From an uncultured delta proteobacterium (lineage in GTDB: Bacteria > Desulfobacterota > Desulfobaccia > Desulfobaccales > 0-14-0-80-60-11): DNA of 64,000 bases. Below the pieces are notes generated by a model. It saw only the letters and a program-made list of their open reading frames with translations, searched no databases and was not told the origin of the DNA. The translations under genes and the position numbers were made by a program. Location of the stretch: positions 1,472,001 to 1,536,000 of the forward strand of contig CAWETI010000002.1 in NCBI GenBank assembly GCA_963812015.1. The letters run 5' to 3'. Within the stretch, counting starts at the first letter, position 1. Every line of letters starts with the position of its first letter. Shown one piece after another: positions 10,192 through 17,577 of this stretch.

Positions 10192-10400
10192 GGCGAAAAG
10201 GCGAAAAGGGAAAAAGGCGCATAGGGAATGAAAATAATGAATGATCATGGGAAGCATCCCTTTATTAACCAGTGAATTTAGAGGGCGAAAATGACGAATA
10301 TGGGGCCTCGATTCAGTCCTGGCAATGATTTCCTGAGGCTGCGACTTTCCCCTTTCGCTTCTTCGCCTTTTCCCCGCTTCGCCCCAAAATCTTTTCAGCC
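10192..10400. repeat. Inverted arrays of 8-nt tandem repeats (GGCGAAAA-type / TTCGCCTT-type) between divergent nfo and lptG-like gene
   Basis: GGCGAAAA GGCGAAAA GGGAAAAA GGCGCATA at 10192-10223; TTCGCTTC TTCGCCTT TTCCCCGC TTCGCCCC at 10354-10385. Confidence 0.75.
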
Positions 10401-10467
10401 AATGCGCCCGGCGGGTCGGTGGGGTGAAGTAAGTGAAAACTACCAAAATTTCTGATATATAAACAGC

Positions 10468-11571
10468 ATGAATTCCCCCGTGCTTCACCGTTCTCACATC
10501 CTGGAAAACTACGTGGGTCGGGAGTTCCTCAAGCTCATGGGGCTGAGCCTGGTGACCTTCGTGTCCCTGTTCATCGTCGTGGATTTCTTTGAAAAGATCG
10601 ACCGTCTGGTCCGGGCCCAACTGGGAGCGGGAGCACTCTTGGAATATCTTATCCTCAAGCTCCCCTTCGCCATCGGCCAGGTTCTCCCCGCCGCAGTCTT
10701 GCTGGGGGTCATGTTGACCTTCGGCCTCATGTCCCGATCTCACGAAACCATGGCCATCCGCACCTCCGGACTGAACATCCTATCCCTGATCCGGCCGACC
10801 ATCATCTGGTCCGGAGGGGTGGTTCTGCTCCTCCTGGCCCTGAATCTCTACCTGATCCCCTGGAGCCAGGGCCAGCTCGACCTGTTCTGGCAGACCCAGG
10901 TGGACAAGAAGCCGCCCCGCGACCTGCACAACATCGAACACTTCTGGTACAAAGGCGACCAAGCCATCTATAACATCGTCATGTTCCGGAAAGATATCCA
11001 GACCCTGGAAGGGGTAAAAATTTATCTCTTTGACCGCCAGTTTCACCTGGTGCAGATCATCGCCGCAGCCCGGGCCCAATGGCAGGGTGACCACTGGCGG
11101 TTCTCCCAGGGCTATGTGCAGTTCTTCGACCCAACCACCGGCGCCGTCACCGGGGAGAAGTTCCAGCAGCGGGACCTGGTGCTCACGGAACACCCCAAGG
11201 ACTTTGCCGACCTGGAAAAAAAAGTTACGGAAATGGATGTGGGTGAGCTCTATCTCTACACGGAACGCCTGGAGCGGGATGGCTATAAATCCACCCCCTA
11301 CCGGGTGGACCTCTACAGCCGCTTTTCCCTGTCGATGACCCCGTTGATCCTGGTAATTCTGGGTCTGGGGTTGGCCCTGCGCCATGAACAGATTCACCTC
11401 ACCTCCATGGTGGCAGTGGGTTTGGGGCTCTTGTTCGGATATTGGCTGTTTTTTGGATTCTGCGCCTCGTTCGGCCAGGCCGGCAGCATTCCTCCGCTGT
11501 TGGCCGTCATCGCCCCTCACCTGGCCTTCGGTGCGTTGGCCGTGGCGCTGCTTCGCCAGGTGACCAGGTAA
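10468..11571 (+). CDS. LptF/LptG family LPS export permease (LptG-like)
   Basis: YVGREF..., LPAAVLLGVMLTFGLMSRSHETMAIRTSG, 3+3 TM layout with periplasmic beta domain. Confidence 0.85.
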   Translation: MNSPVLHRSHILENYVGREFLKLMGLSLVTFVSLFIVVDFFEKIDRLVRAQLGAGALLEYLILKLPFAIGQVLPAAVLLGVMLTFGLMSRSHETMAIRTSGLNILSLIRPTIIWSGGVVLLLLALNLYLIPWSQGQLDLFWQTQVDKKPPRDLHNIEHFWYKGDQAIYNIVMFRKDIQTLEGVKIYLFDRQFHLVQIIAAARAQWQGDHWRFSQGYVQFFDPTTGAVTGEKFQQRDLVLTEHPKDFADLEKKVTEMDVGELYLYTERLERDGYKSTPYRVDLYSRFSLSMTPLILVILGLGLALRHEQIHLTSMVAVGLGLLFGYWLFFGFCASFGQAGSIPPLLAVIAPHLAFGALAVALLRQVTR

Positions 11572-12050
11572 CCTGCCCCTCAGGGTCGCGACCTCCCCAG
11601 GTTTTCATTCCCCGGTCTGCCGCCATTGGTAAAATGCTGACTTTTTCTCCAGCCACGACGAAAAAGGGGATTGAGGCCGGCTGATGGCCGGCGTCACCGA
11701 CTAGGACTAAAAGCCGTGTTATTTAAACCGGATAAACCATTGGGCGGCTGAATCCCCGAGGGATCCCGCCGTCATCTCTGGTGACGGGGTGGGATACTTT
11801 TGAGAAATGTAAGGATAGACCAAGGTTTTTTTAACATTTTTATTGTCATCCTCCGGGATTTTGTGCTATCAAGGGGAAACTGTAACCTCGGGTGTATACG
11901 GGCTTTGGGATTAAATCGAGAGCCGTTCGCCGGGGGACAAAAACAACTTAAAGGGGGGATGGGCGTCGGGGTACCCATTTTCCGAAATTTTGGGCGCATC
12001 GTTAATGGTCAGGTAGTTAACCGTCAACCAGGAGGAAGGGAGAGAGAGTT

Positions 12051-12323
12051 ATGACCAAAGCAGAATTGATTGCGCAAGTGGCTGGAGAGGCTCAGGTAAG
12101 GAAGGTGGACGCGGAAAAGGCCATCAACAGCTTGATCAGGATTGTTTCAGCGGCTCTTAAGAGCCAGGGCCGTTTGGCTTTGGCCGGCTTCGGCACCTTT
12201 ATGGTAACGGAGCGCAAAGCCCGGGAAGGCCGGAATCCCCAGACCGGCAGCCCCATCAAGATTCCCGCCACCAAGGTGGTAAAATTTAAACCTGGGAAAC
12301 AGCTGAAAGATTCCGTTAAGTAG
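12051..12323 (+). CDS. hup: HU family DNA-binding protein
   Basis: MTKAELIA...GFGTF...RKAREGRNPQTG...KFKPGK. Confidence 0.95.
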   Translation: MTKAELIAQVAGEAQVRKVDAEKAINSLIRIVSAALKSQGRLALAGFGTFMVTERKAREGRNPQTGSPIKIPATKVVKFKPGKQLKDSVK

Positions 12324-12741
12324 GGCGCCAGGGCCAGGATCGTTCCGACTGTATACCCAGGGGTAACTCTCTGGGGCAGGCAGCGGATCAAGACCGCGGG
12401 ATCTCAGCCGGCTCCCCCCGGTGGAACCCGGAAAGGTTGGAACGGCCTGGAGGCGAAACCTACTCCAAAGATCAAGGCAACAGCGGCAGTTCCGGCGAGA
12501 TGATACGCTTGGTCGGCTTGAGGCCGCGTTTGCTCTTGAGGTTTTTTCGGGGGCACAAACCCCATACGGGCAGGATGCGTGACATCCAAGGAGCGGATTG
12601 GTCACCGCCGAATTCAGTTAAGAACTAGTTATGTATCCGGGTATCTAAGCGTACTGGGCCATGTTCCGGCCCGGAACGCACGTTGACCCATTCATCACCC
12701 CCACAACCCCATCACCGATCGGATTGGATTTAGAGTTGACG

Positions 12742-12773
12742 AGAGGGCGGGAAAATACCGGTTCCCGCCCTCT
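12742..12773 (-). terminator. Stem-loop just downstream of selA
   Basis: AGAGGGCGGGAA / TTCCCGCCCTCT 12-bp stem; no clear U tract. Confidence 0.5.
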
Positions 12774-12775
12774 TA

Positions 12776-14194
12776 CTATGTGAGGTCCGCCATCGCCTCC
12801 GAAAGGGCGGCCATTAGGGCCTCCTGATCCCCGGGCAGCATGGTGCGCAGGTCCAGCAGCACCACCCCGTGTTCTACCCGGGCGATGACCGGGGTACTGG
12901 CCTGGCGCAGCCGGACTTCCAGGTCCTGGGGGGCCAGGGGGGGGGCGGTGAGGGCCAGGGCCCGACTGGCCAGGGGGGCCTGGGGCAGGGACCCGCCGCC
13001 GGCCCGGGCTTCGCTGCTCACCACGTTTACTTTCAGACGGGACCCGAAGCGGCGCCGCAGTCGCCGGGCCAGGCTTCGGGCCTGGCGGTCCAACTCCGCC
13101 ACCGGCCGGGTCAGCATCCGAAGGGTCGGGATCTCCGCCAGGGCCCGGGGCTCCTCCAGATAGAGGCGCAGGGTGGCCTCCAGGGCCGCCAGGGTCATCT
13201 TGTCGGGACGCAGGGCCCGGGTCATCGGGTTGTTGCGTAAGGCCCCCACGACTTCCCGGTTCCCCAGGATCAAACCGGCCTGGGGCCCGCCCAGGAGCTT
13301 GTCGCCGGAAAACAACACCAGGTCGGCGCCGGCCTTCAGGGTTTCCTGGACCGTGGGCTCCTTTTCCAGGCCGTACCGGCTCAAATCCACCAGGCAACCG
13401 CTCCCCAGGTCTTCCACCACCATCAGCTCGTACTGCCGGCCCAGGGTTACCATTTCCGCCAAGGTCACTTCGTGGGTGAAGCCCATGATGCGGAAATTGC
13501 TAGGGTGGACCTTGAGGAGGACGGCGGTCTCGGAGGTGATGGCCTTCTCGAAATCCTTGAGATAGGTCTTGTTGGTGGTGCCGACCTCCCGGAGGATGGC
13601 GCCGCTGGCCGCCATGATCTCCGGCATGCGGAAAGAGCCGCCGATTTCCACCAGTTGGCCCCGGGAGATGATCACTTCTTTGCCCGGGGCCAGGGTGTTG
13701 AGGGCCAGAAGCACCGCGGCGGCGTTGTTGTTGACCACCAGGACCCCCGGGGCACCGGTGAGTTCTTGCAGCACCCCTTCCAGATGATCCTGGCGGGACC
13801 CCCGGGCCCCTTGGGCCAGGTCGTATTCCAGGGTGTTGTAGTGGCTGGCCACCTCCAGCAACTGCGCCAGGCAGGCCTCACTTAGGGGCGAGCGTCCCAA
13901 ATTGGTGTGGATGACCACCCCGGTGGCGTTGACCACCCGGCGCAGCGACGGTTTGGCCGCGGCCGCCAGGGCCTCATGGAGGTCCCGGAGCAGGGCCGCC
14001 TCGTCCAGTTGGGGGGGCAGAGCCTCCGGGAGCGTGGCGTTGATGGTCCGGCGCTGGGCCTCCAGGACCCGGCGCACCACCGATGCGGCCAGGGACCGGG
14101 GCAGGGGCCCCACCGCCGAGGCCAGTTCAGGGTGGCGCAGCAATTCGTCCACTTGGGGCAGCTGGCGCAAGAGGTTAACCCGGGTGTGCTCCAT
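12776..14194 (-). CDS. selA: L-seryl-tRNA(Sec) selenium transferase
   Basis: NATGVVIHTNLGRSPL, VVNNNAAAV, SRGQLVEIGGSFR, EDLGSG, FSGDKLLGGPQAG; start at ATG 14194 after AAAGGAG. Confidence 0.96.
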   Translation of the reverse strand: MEHTRVNLLRQLPQVDELLRHPELASAVGPLPRSLAASVVRRVLEAQRRTINATLPEALPPQLDEAALLRDLHEALAAAAKPSLRRVVNATGVVIHTNLGRSPLSEACLAQLLEVASHYNTLEYDLAQGARGSRQDHLEGVLQELTGAPGVLVVNNNAAAVLLALNTLAPGKEVIISRGQLVEIGGSFRMPEIMAASGAILREVGTTNKTYLKDFEKAITSETAVLLKVHPSNFRIMGFTHEVTLAEMVTLGRQYELMVVEDLGSGCLVDLSRYGLEKEPTVQETLKAGADLVLFSGDKLLGGPQAGLILGNREVVGALRNNPMTRALRPDKMTLAALEATLRLYLEEPRALAEIPTLRMLTRPVAELDRQARSLARRLRRRFGSRLKVNVVSSEARAGGGSLPQAPLASRALALTAPPLAPQDLEVRLRQASTPVIARVEHGVVLLDLRTMLPGDQEALMAALSEAMADLT

Positions 14195-14232
14195 GAGACG
14201 CTCCTTTGCACTTCTTTGTATCTTTGTAAGCG

Positions 14233-14261
14233 AATATGCCACCCTGACACGGGTCTGTCAA
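14233..14261 (-). promoter_or_regulatory. Putative sigma70 promoter of selA
   Basis: TTGACA, 17 nt, CATATT preceded by TGG. Confidence 0.55.
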
Positions 14262-14473
14262 ATGAAAGGACGCCGGCGCACCGGAACCGGGCGGGACTTG
14301 TGCCGGGCCCGGGCCGCTTGAAACCGTCGGCGATTCAGGGGCAAACCCTTTGATATCCGCATGAAATCGGCAAAGAAGCGCGGGTGCAGCGGCACAACCA
14401 GGAAAGCAGGCTGGCCCATTCCTGAGGGCGCGGTCGATCTCCGGGCGGAAGGGTGGTTACCGGCGGAACAACC

Positions 14474-14620
14474 CACCGGCTGGAAGCCGGTGCCGTCAGA
14501 ACTTTTCACCCTAGCGCTCCTCCCGGGGTAGCAGAAAATTTGCGGTTAGGCCGGGGAGAGGCGGGCACGGAGGCCCGACCCACCCTTACCGGGCCGGCAC
14601 AGGCGAGACGCCTGTGCCAC
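14474..14620 (-). repeat. Two REP-like palindromes
   Basis: CACCGGCTGGAAGCCGGTGCC (14474-14494) and GGCACAGGCGAGACGCCTGTGCCAC (14596-14620); both recur at 20285-20349. Confidence 0.7.
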
Positions 14621-14678
14621 TAAAGGAAGGAGGGTAGCAGAGGAGGGGGAGGGGGCCAGAACAGGAAGAAAACATGAC

Positions 14679-14746
14679 GGGGAAAAAGGGGAAAAGATTT
14701 GGGGGGAAAAGGGAAAAAGGCGAAAGGGCGAAAAGGGGGAAAAGGG
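14679..14746. repeat. 8-nt tandem repeat array (GGCGAAAA/GGGAAAAA type)
   Basis: Reverse complement resembles 10346-10400, including the internal CAAATCTTTTC segment. Confidence 0.7.
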
Positions 14747-14769
14747 TAGACCAAGGATTGAGCTGACCG

Positions 14770-14803
14770 CCATCAAATCGAGATCAGATTAACTCTGATC
14801 TCG
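14770..14803. repeat. 29-bp dispersed repeat with internal palindrome (copy 1)
   Basis: CCATCAAATCGAGATCAGATTAACTCTGA; 27/29 identical to 59606-59634; CGAGATCAGA-N5-TCTGATCTCG hairpin. Confidence 0.8.
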
Positions 14804-15174
14804 TGGACAAAAATTTACCATGCCGGCAGGGGCGGCAATGAAGCTATGATAAGGATATCAATGACTTCTTATGGGTGGTTGAACTGCGTAATATATAGCA
14901 GTGAGCGATACTTTAACACCCTCATGCTTTTGCAACCTCGGGCCTACCATTTTCAGGGATCGGATATCTGGATGACCTGCTCCCCAAAATTTTCAGGTTC
15001 CATCAGATGCCTCGTCTCATTAGCAATCAGCCCCCGACCAGATAAAAGCGACCCGGGAACCTGGGCACTTTCCGTAGTATTCTGGTGCGAAAATCAGGTA
15101 TTTCCTCTCCCATTAATCAGAAAGTTCCCGGATTTCTTTTATTGCCTCAGGGTATTAAATAATAGGCAAATAAT

Positions 15175-15253
15175 ACAGAAAAAGCCAAACCCGTCGTGAG
15201 GCGGGGACGGAAAGCCACGGGTCTCAATTAAACGAGAAAGCCGGGTTGCCTGG
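15175..15253 (+). ncRNA. Cyclic di-GMP-I (GEMM-I) riboswitch
   Basis: GCCAAACCCGTCGTGAGGCGGGGACGGAAAGCCACGGGTCTC...GAGAAAGCCGGGTTGCC matches GEMM-I architecture (AAAC, GNRA loop, GGGACGGAAAGCC, AGCCGGGTTGCC). Confidence 0.92.
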
Positions 15254-15281
15254 GACTTCCACAGGTGATCCGGCTTTTTTT
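15239..15281 (+). terminator. Terminator overlapping riboswitch 3' strand
   Basis: AGCCGGGTTGCCTG...CAGGTGATCCGGCT followed by T run. Confidence 0.8.
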
Positions 15282-15306
15282 ATGCCTAAAGAGAAGGAGT
15301 AACATA

Positions 15307-15630
15307 ATGAAAACCTTAGTTAGATTGCTTATGACGAAAGCTTCAATCTGCGGGGGGGCGGCGGTCGCAATCCTGATCCTGTTGGGTGCCGCCGCTTATG
15401 CGGATGAGGCTGCACCGACTGGTAACGCCCCGGATGGGTACATATTTACCCTTAACCGAAAGACAGCGGAGACCTTCTACGAGATGAAAGAACAGAGGGT
15501 TAAAGCAGTCCAGTCGCAAAAAGACAAGGAAGAAGAAAAACTCAGTGAACAAAAAAAGATGGCGAAAGTCGATAAAATTCAGCGTAAGACCGGACGCACG
15601 GCTACTTCTTGGCAGCTCATGAACCGGTAG
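15307..15630 (+). CDS. Small exported hypothetical protein (riboswitch-controlled)
   Basis: AAGGAG RBS, hydrophobic signal peptide ending AAAYA, charged helical C-terminus. Confidence 0.7.
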   Translation: MKTLVRLLMTKASICGGAAVAILILLGAAAYADEAAPTGNAPDGYIFTLNRKTAETFYEMKEQRVKAVQSQKDKEEEKLSEQKKMAKVDKIQRKTGRTATSWQLMNR

Positions 15631-15671
15631 TTTATCTGGTCATCGGAGCGGATAATTAAGGAGGGCATAAC

Positions 15672-15959
15672 ATGGCTATTAATGACGTTAATTTAGACGC
15701 GCAGCCGCTCAGCACCCATGAATTACACTCGCCAGCCGTGACACGAACTGCCCTTGAGACGAATCATGGGGCAAACCATCTAAGCCAATTCCCAAGGAAA
15801 TGCAAGAAACAAACTTCGGACGAAGAATTGGAGGAGGCGCGGAGACTCGGTTGTTACAGGGTGTTACCTTCAGTTTTAGGGCCGCATGAGAAGGTGAGAA
15901 CGTTGGATGAACTGCTCAAGGATATCGATGAGGAGGTGCGACAGGCATTGATAATATAG
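15672..15959 (+). CDS. Hypothetical protein
   Basis: AAGGAGG RBS; no recognisable family. Confidence 0.55.
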   Translation: MAINDVNLDAQPLSTHELHSPAVTRTALETNHGANHLSQFPRKCKKQTSDEELEEARRLGCYRVLPSVLGPHEKVRTLDELLKDIDEEVRQALII

Positions 15960-16034
15960 GACAAGATCGGGAGAACGAAGATTTAGACTCTTTTCCCTGA
16001 GCACCACTAGGATATTTGCGGGGAGGGTGAGAAA

Positions 16035-16229
16035 ATGAACGAAAATGGGAAGTGGAATGTTGTTGCCGTGTATATGGAAAGCCCACTATATTTCACCATG
16101 CCGCTGCGTAAGAGGTTGGAATTGGTTAACCGACAGCTCTTCTACAATAATACCCGTGAAGATTTGTTATATTGGGTTAAAACAGGTTGTTTCAATCCAT
16201 CATTAAGGGCAGGGCATGGGGTAAGATAG
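16035..16229 (+). CDS. Small hypothetical protein
   Basis: GGAGG RBS; 64 aa; no recognisable family. Confidence 0.55.
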   Translation: MNENGKWNVVAVYMESPLYFTMPLRKRLELVNRQLFYNNTREDLLYWVKTGCFNPSLRAGHGVR

Positions 16230-16524
16230 TCTCGAGAAATACTCTTCCTTCGTTATCGGCCCCAGGAATATCCCCCCTACCTGGGGCTAATTTTTCCATG
16301 GTTAAAGCCGTATAAGAAGCAAATTGATAAATGAGAAGAACTTGCCACTATCAACAAATTCTTAGAAAATCCAAATAATTGAAGGTATGATCGGCATAAC
16401 GAAAGGGGTTTCTGGTGGGGGGCAAGCAGAGCGTCATGGCAGACAGCCGGGAAGACGGCATAGGGCATAGGCAGACGTGAAGGGGCCGGGGGCGGCGGTT
16501 GGATCTGATCTGAGGTCCGGCAGG

Positions 16525-17577
16525 TTATTTTATCAGGTTGGCGATTTCGCTATCCGACAGGTCGTAGATGCCGCAGCCGACCACCAGGTCCTCTCCATCA
16601 ACCTTGCACAATTTTACAAAGGAAACCTTGTGAGATGACTTTGACTCTCCCGGCTTGGGCCACCAATAATCCACCCACCCCGATCCCTTTTGTTGGGCGA
16701 CCTGGTTGAACTCGGCGAATATCGGTTTGCCATGGCTGTCCTTCCAGCCCAGTTGATCCTTGCCTTCCAAGTCGGCCTTGACGGGATGCATCAGCATCAC
16801 CCCTTTCAGGTCATTTATCCAGATATAGGTGCCGGAAAAGACGAATTCACTCTTTTTGCCTTTGAACTTCGGGAAAGCCGCCTTGCCTTCTTTTTCCAGC
16901 AGGGCGCAGGCCTGATTGACCTTATTGATGACCATGTCGCTGGTGGCTCGGGTGAAGTCGGTCTTGACGATGGCCGCCTCGGTCTCTTGGGCCAGTTCCT
17001 TGGGCGTCTCTTGGGACATAATCAGCTTATCAACCTGGTCGTCCGGCAGATCGTAAACGCCACTACCCACGACCATATCCTGTCCATCAACCTTGCACAA
17101 TTTGACATAGGAAATTTTGCGGGATGGACTGGGCTCTCCCGGCTTGGGCCACCAATAATCCACCCAGCCGGCGCCCTTTTCTTTGGCCATCTTGTTAAAT
17201 TCAACGAATAGCCGTTTGTCATGGTTGTCTTTCACATTGATGATCTCCATCCCTTCCATCTGGGGGATGGCGGGATGCATGCGCATTACCCCTTTCAAGT
17301 CATTGACCCAGATATAGGTGCCGCAGAAAATAAACTCACTGTCTTTGCCTTTGAATTTCGGGAATGCTGCCGTCCCTTCCTTTTCCAGCAGGGCGCAGGC
17401 CTTATCGACCTGGGCCTTAATCAAGGCGAAAGTGGGTTTGTTCTTGGCGCTGGCCGCACATGCCGCCACCGTCTCTTTTTGCAGTTCCTCCGGAGTTTTC
17501 TGGGCCTGGGCCCCTAGAGGTTGAAGGATGAGCAGCGCGAAACAACAGCCTATCGCTAGTCTGCCGATAGGTTTCAT
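16525..17577 (-). CDS. Stand-alone periplasmic protein with two tandem sCache_2 domains
   Basis: Signal peptide; two repeats of GTYIW.NDLKGVM.MHP...GWVDYWWPKPGE...K.S.VKLC...VVG.G.Y. Confidence 0.88.
   Translation of the reverse strand: MKPIGRLAIGCCFALLILQPLGAQAQKTPEELQKETVAACAASAKNKPTFALIKAQVDKACALLEKEGTAAFPKFKGKDSEFIFCGTYIWVNDLKGVMRMHPAIPQMEGMEIINVKDNHDKRLFVEFNKMAKEKGAGWVDYWWPKPGEPSPSRKISYVKLCKVDGQDMVVGSGVYDLPDDQVDKLIMSQETPKELAQETEAAIVKTDFTRATSDMVINKVNQACALLEKEGKAAFPKFKGKKSEFVFSGTYIWINDLKGVMLMHPVKADLEGKDQLGWKDSHGKPIFAEFNQVAQQKGSGWVDYWWPKPGESKSSHKVSFVKLCKVDGEDLVVGCGIYDLSDSEIANLIK

Noticed and set aside
12324..14800. tRNA-Sec, SRP, 6S or tmRNA near selA
   Set aside because: No UCA-anticodon cloverleaf or diagnostic motifs found.
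15181..15190. Riboswitch as cGAMP-sensing GEMM-Ib variant
   Set aside because: The discriminating position reads G, not A.
14846..15199. 117-aa ORF upstream of the riboswitch
   Set aside because: No RBS, atypical composition, overlaps the riboswitch leader; probably non-coding.
16394..16408. GCATAAC as integron attC or dif/XerC arm
   Set aside because: No complementary GTTATGC within attC distance, no XerD arm and no integrase in the window.
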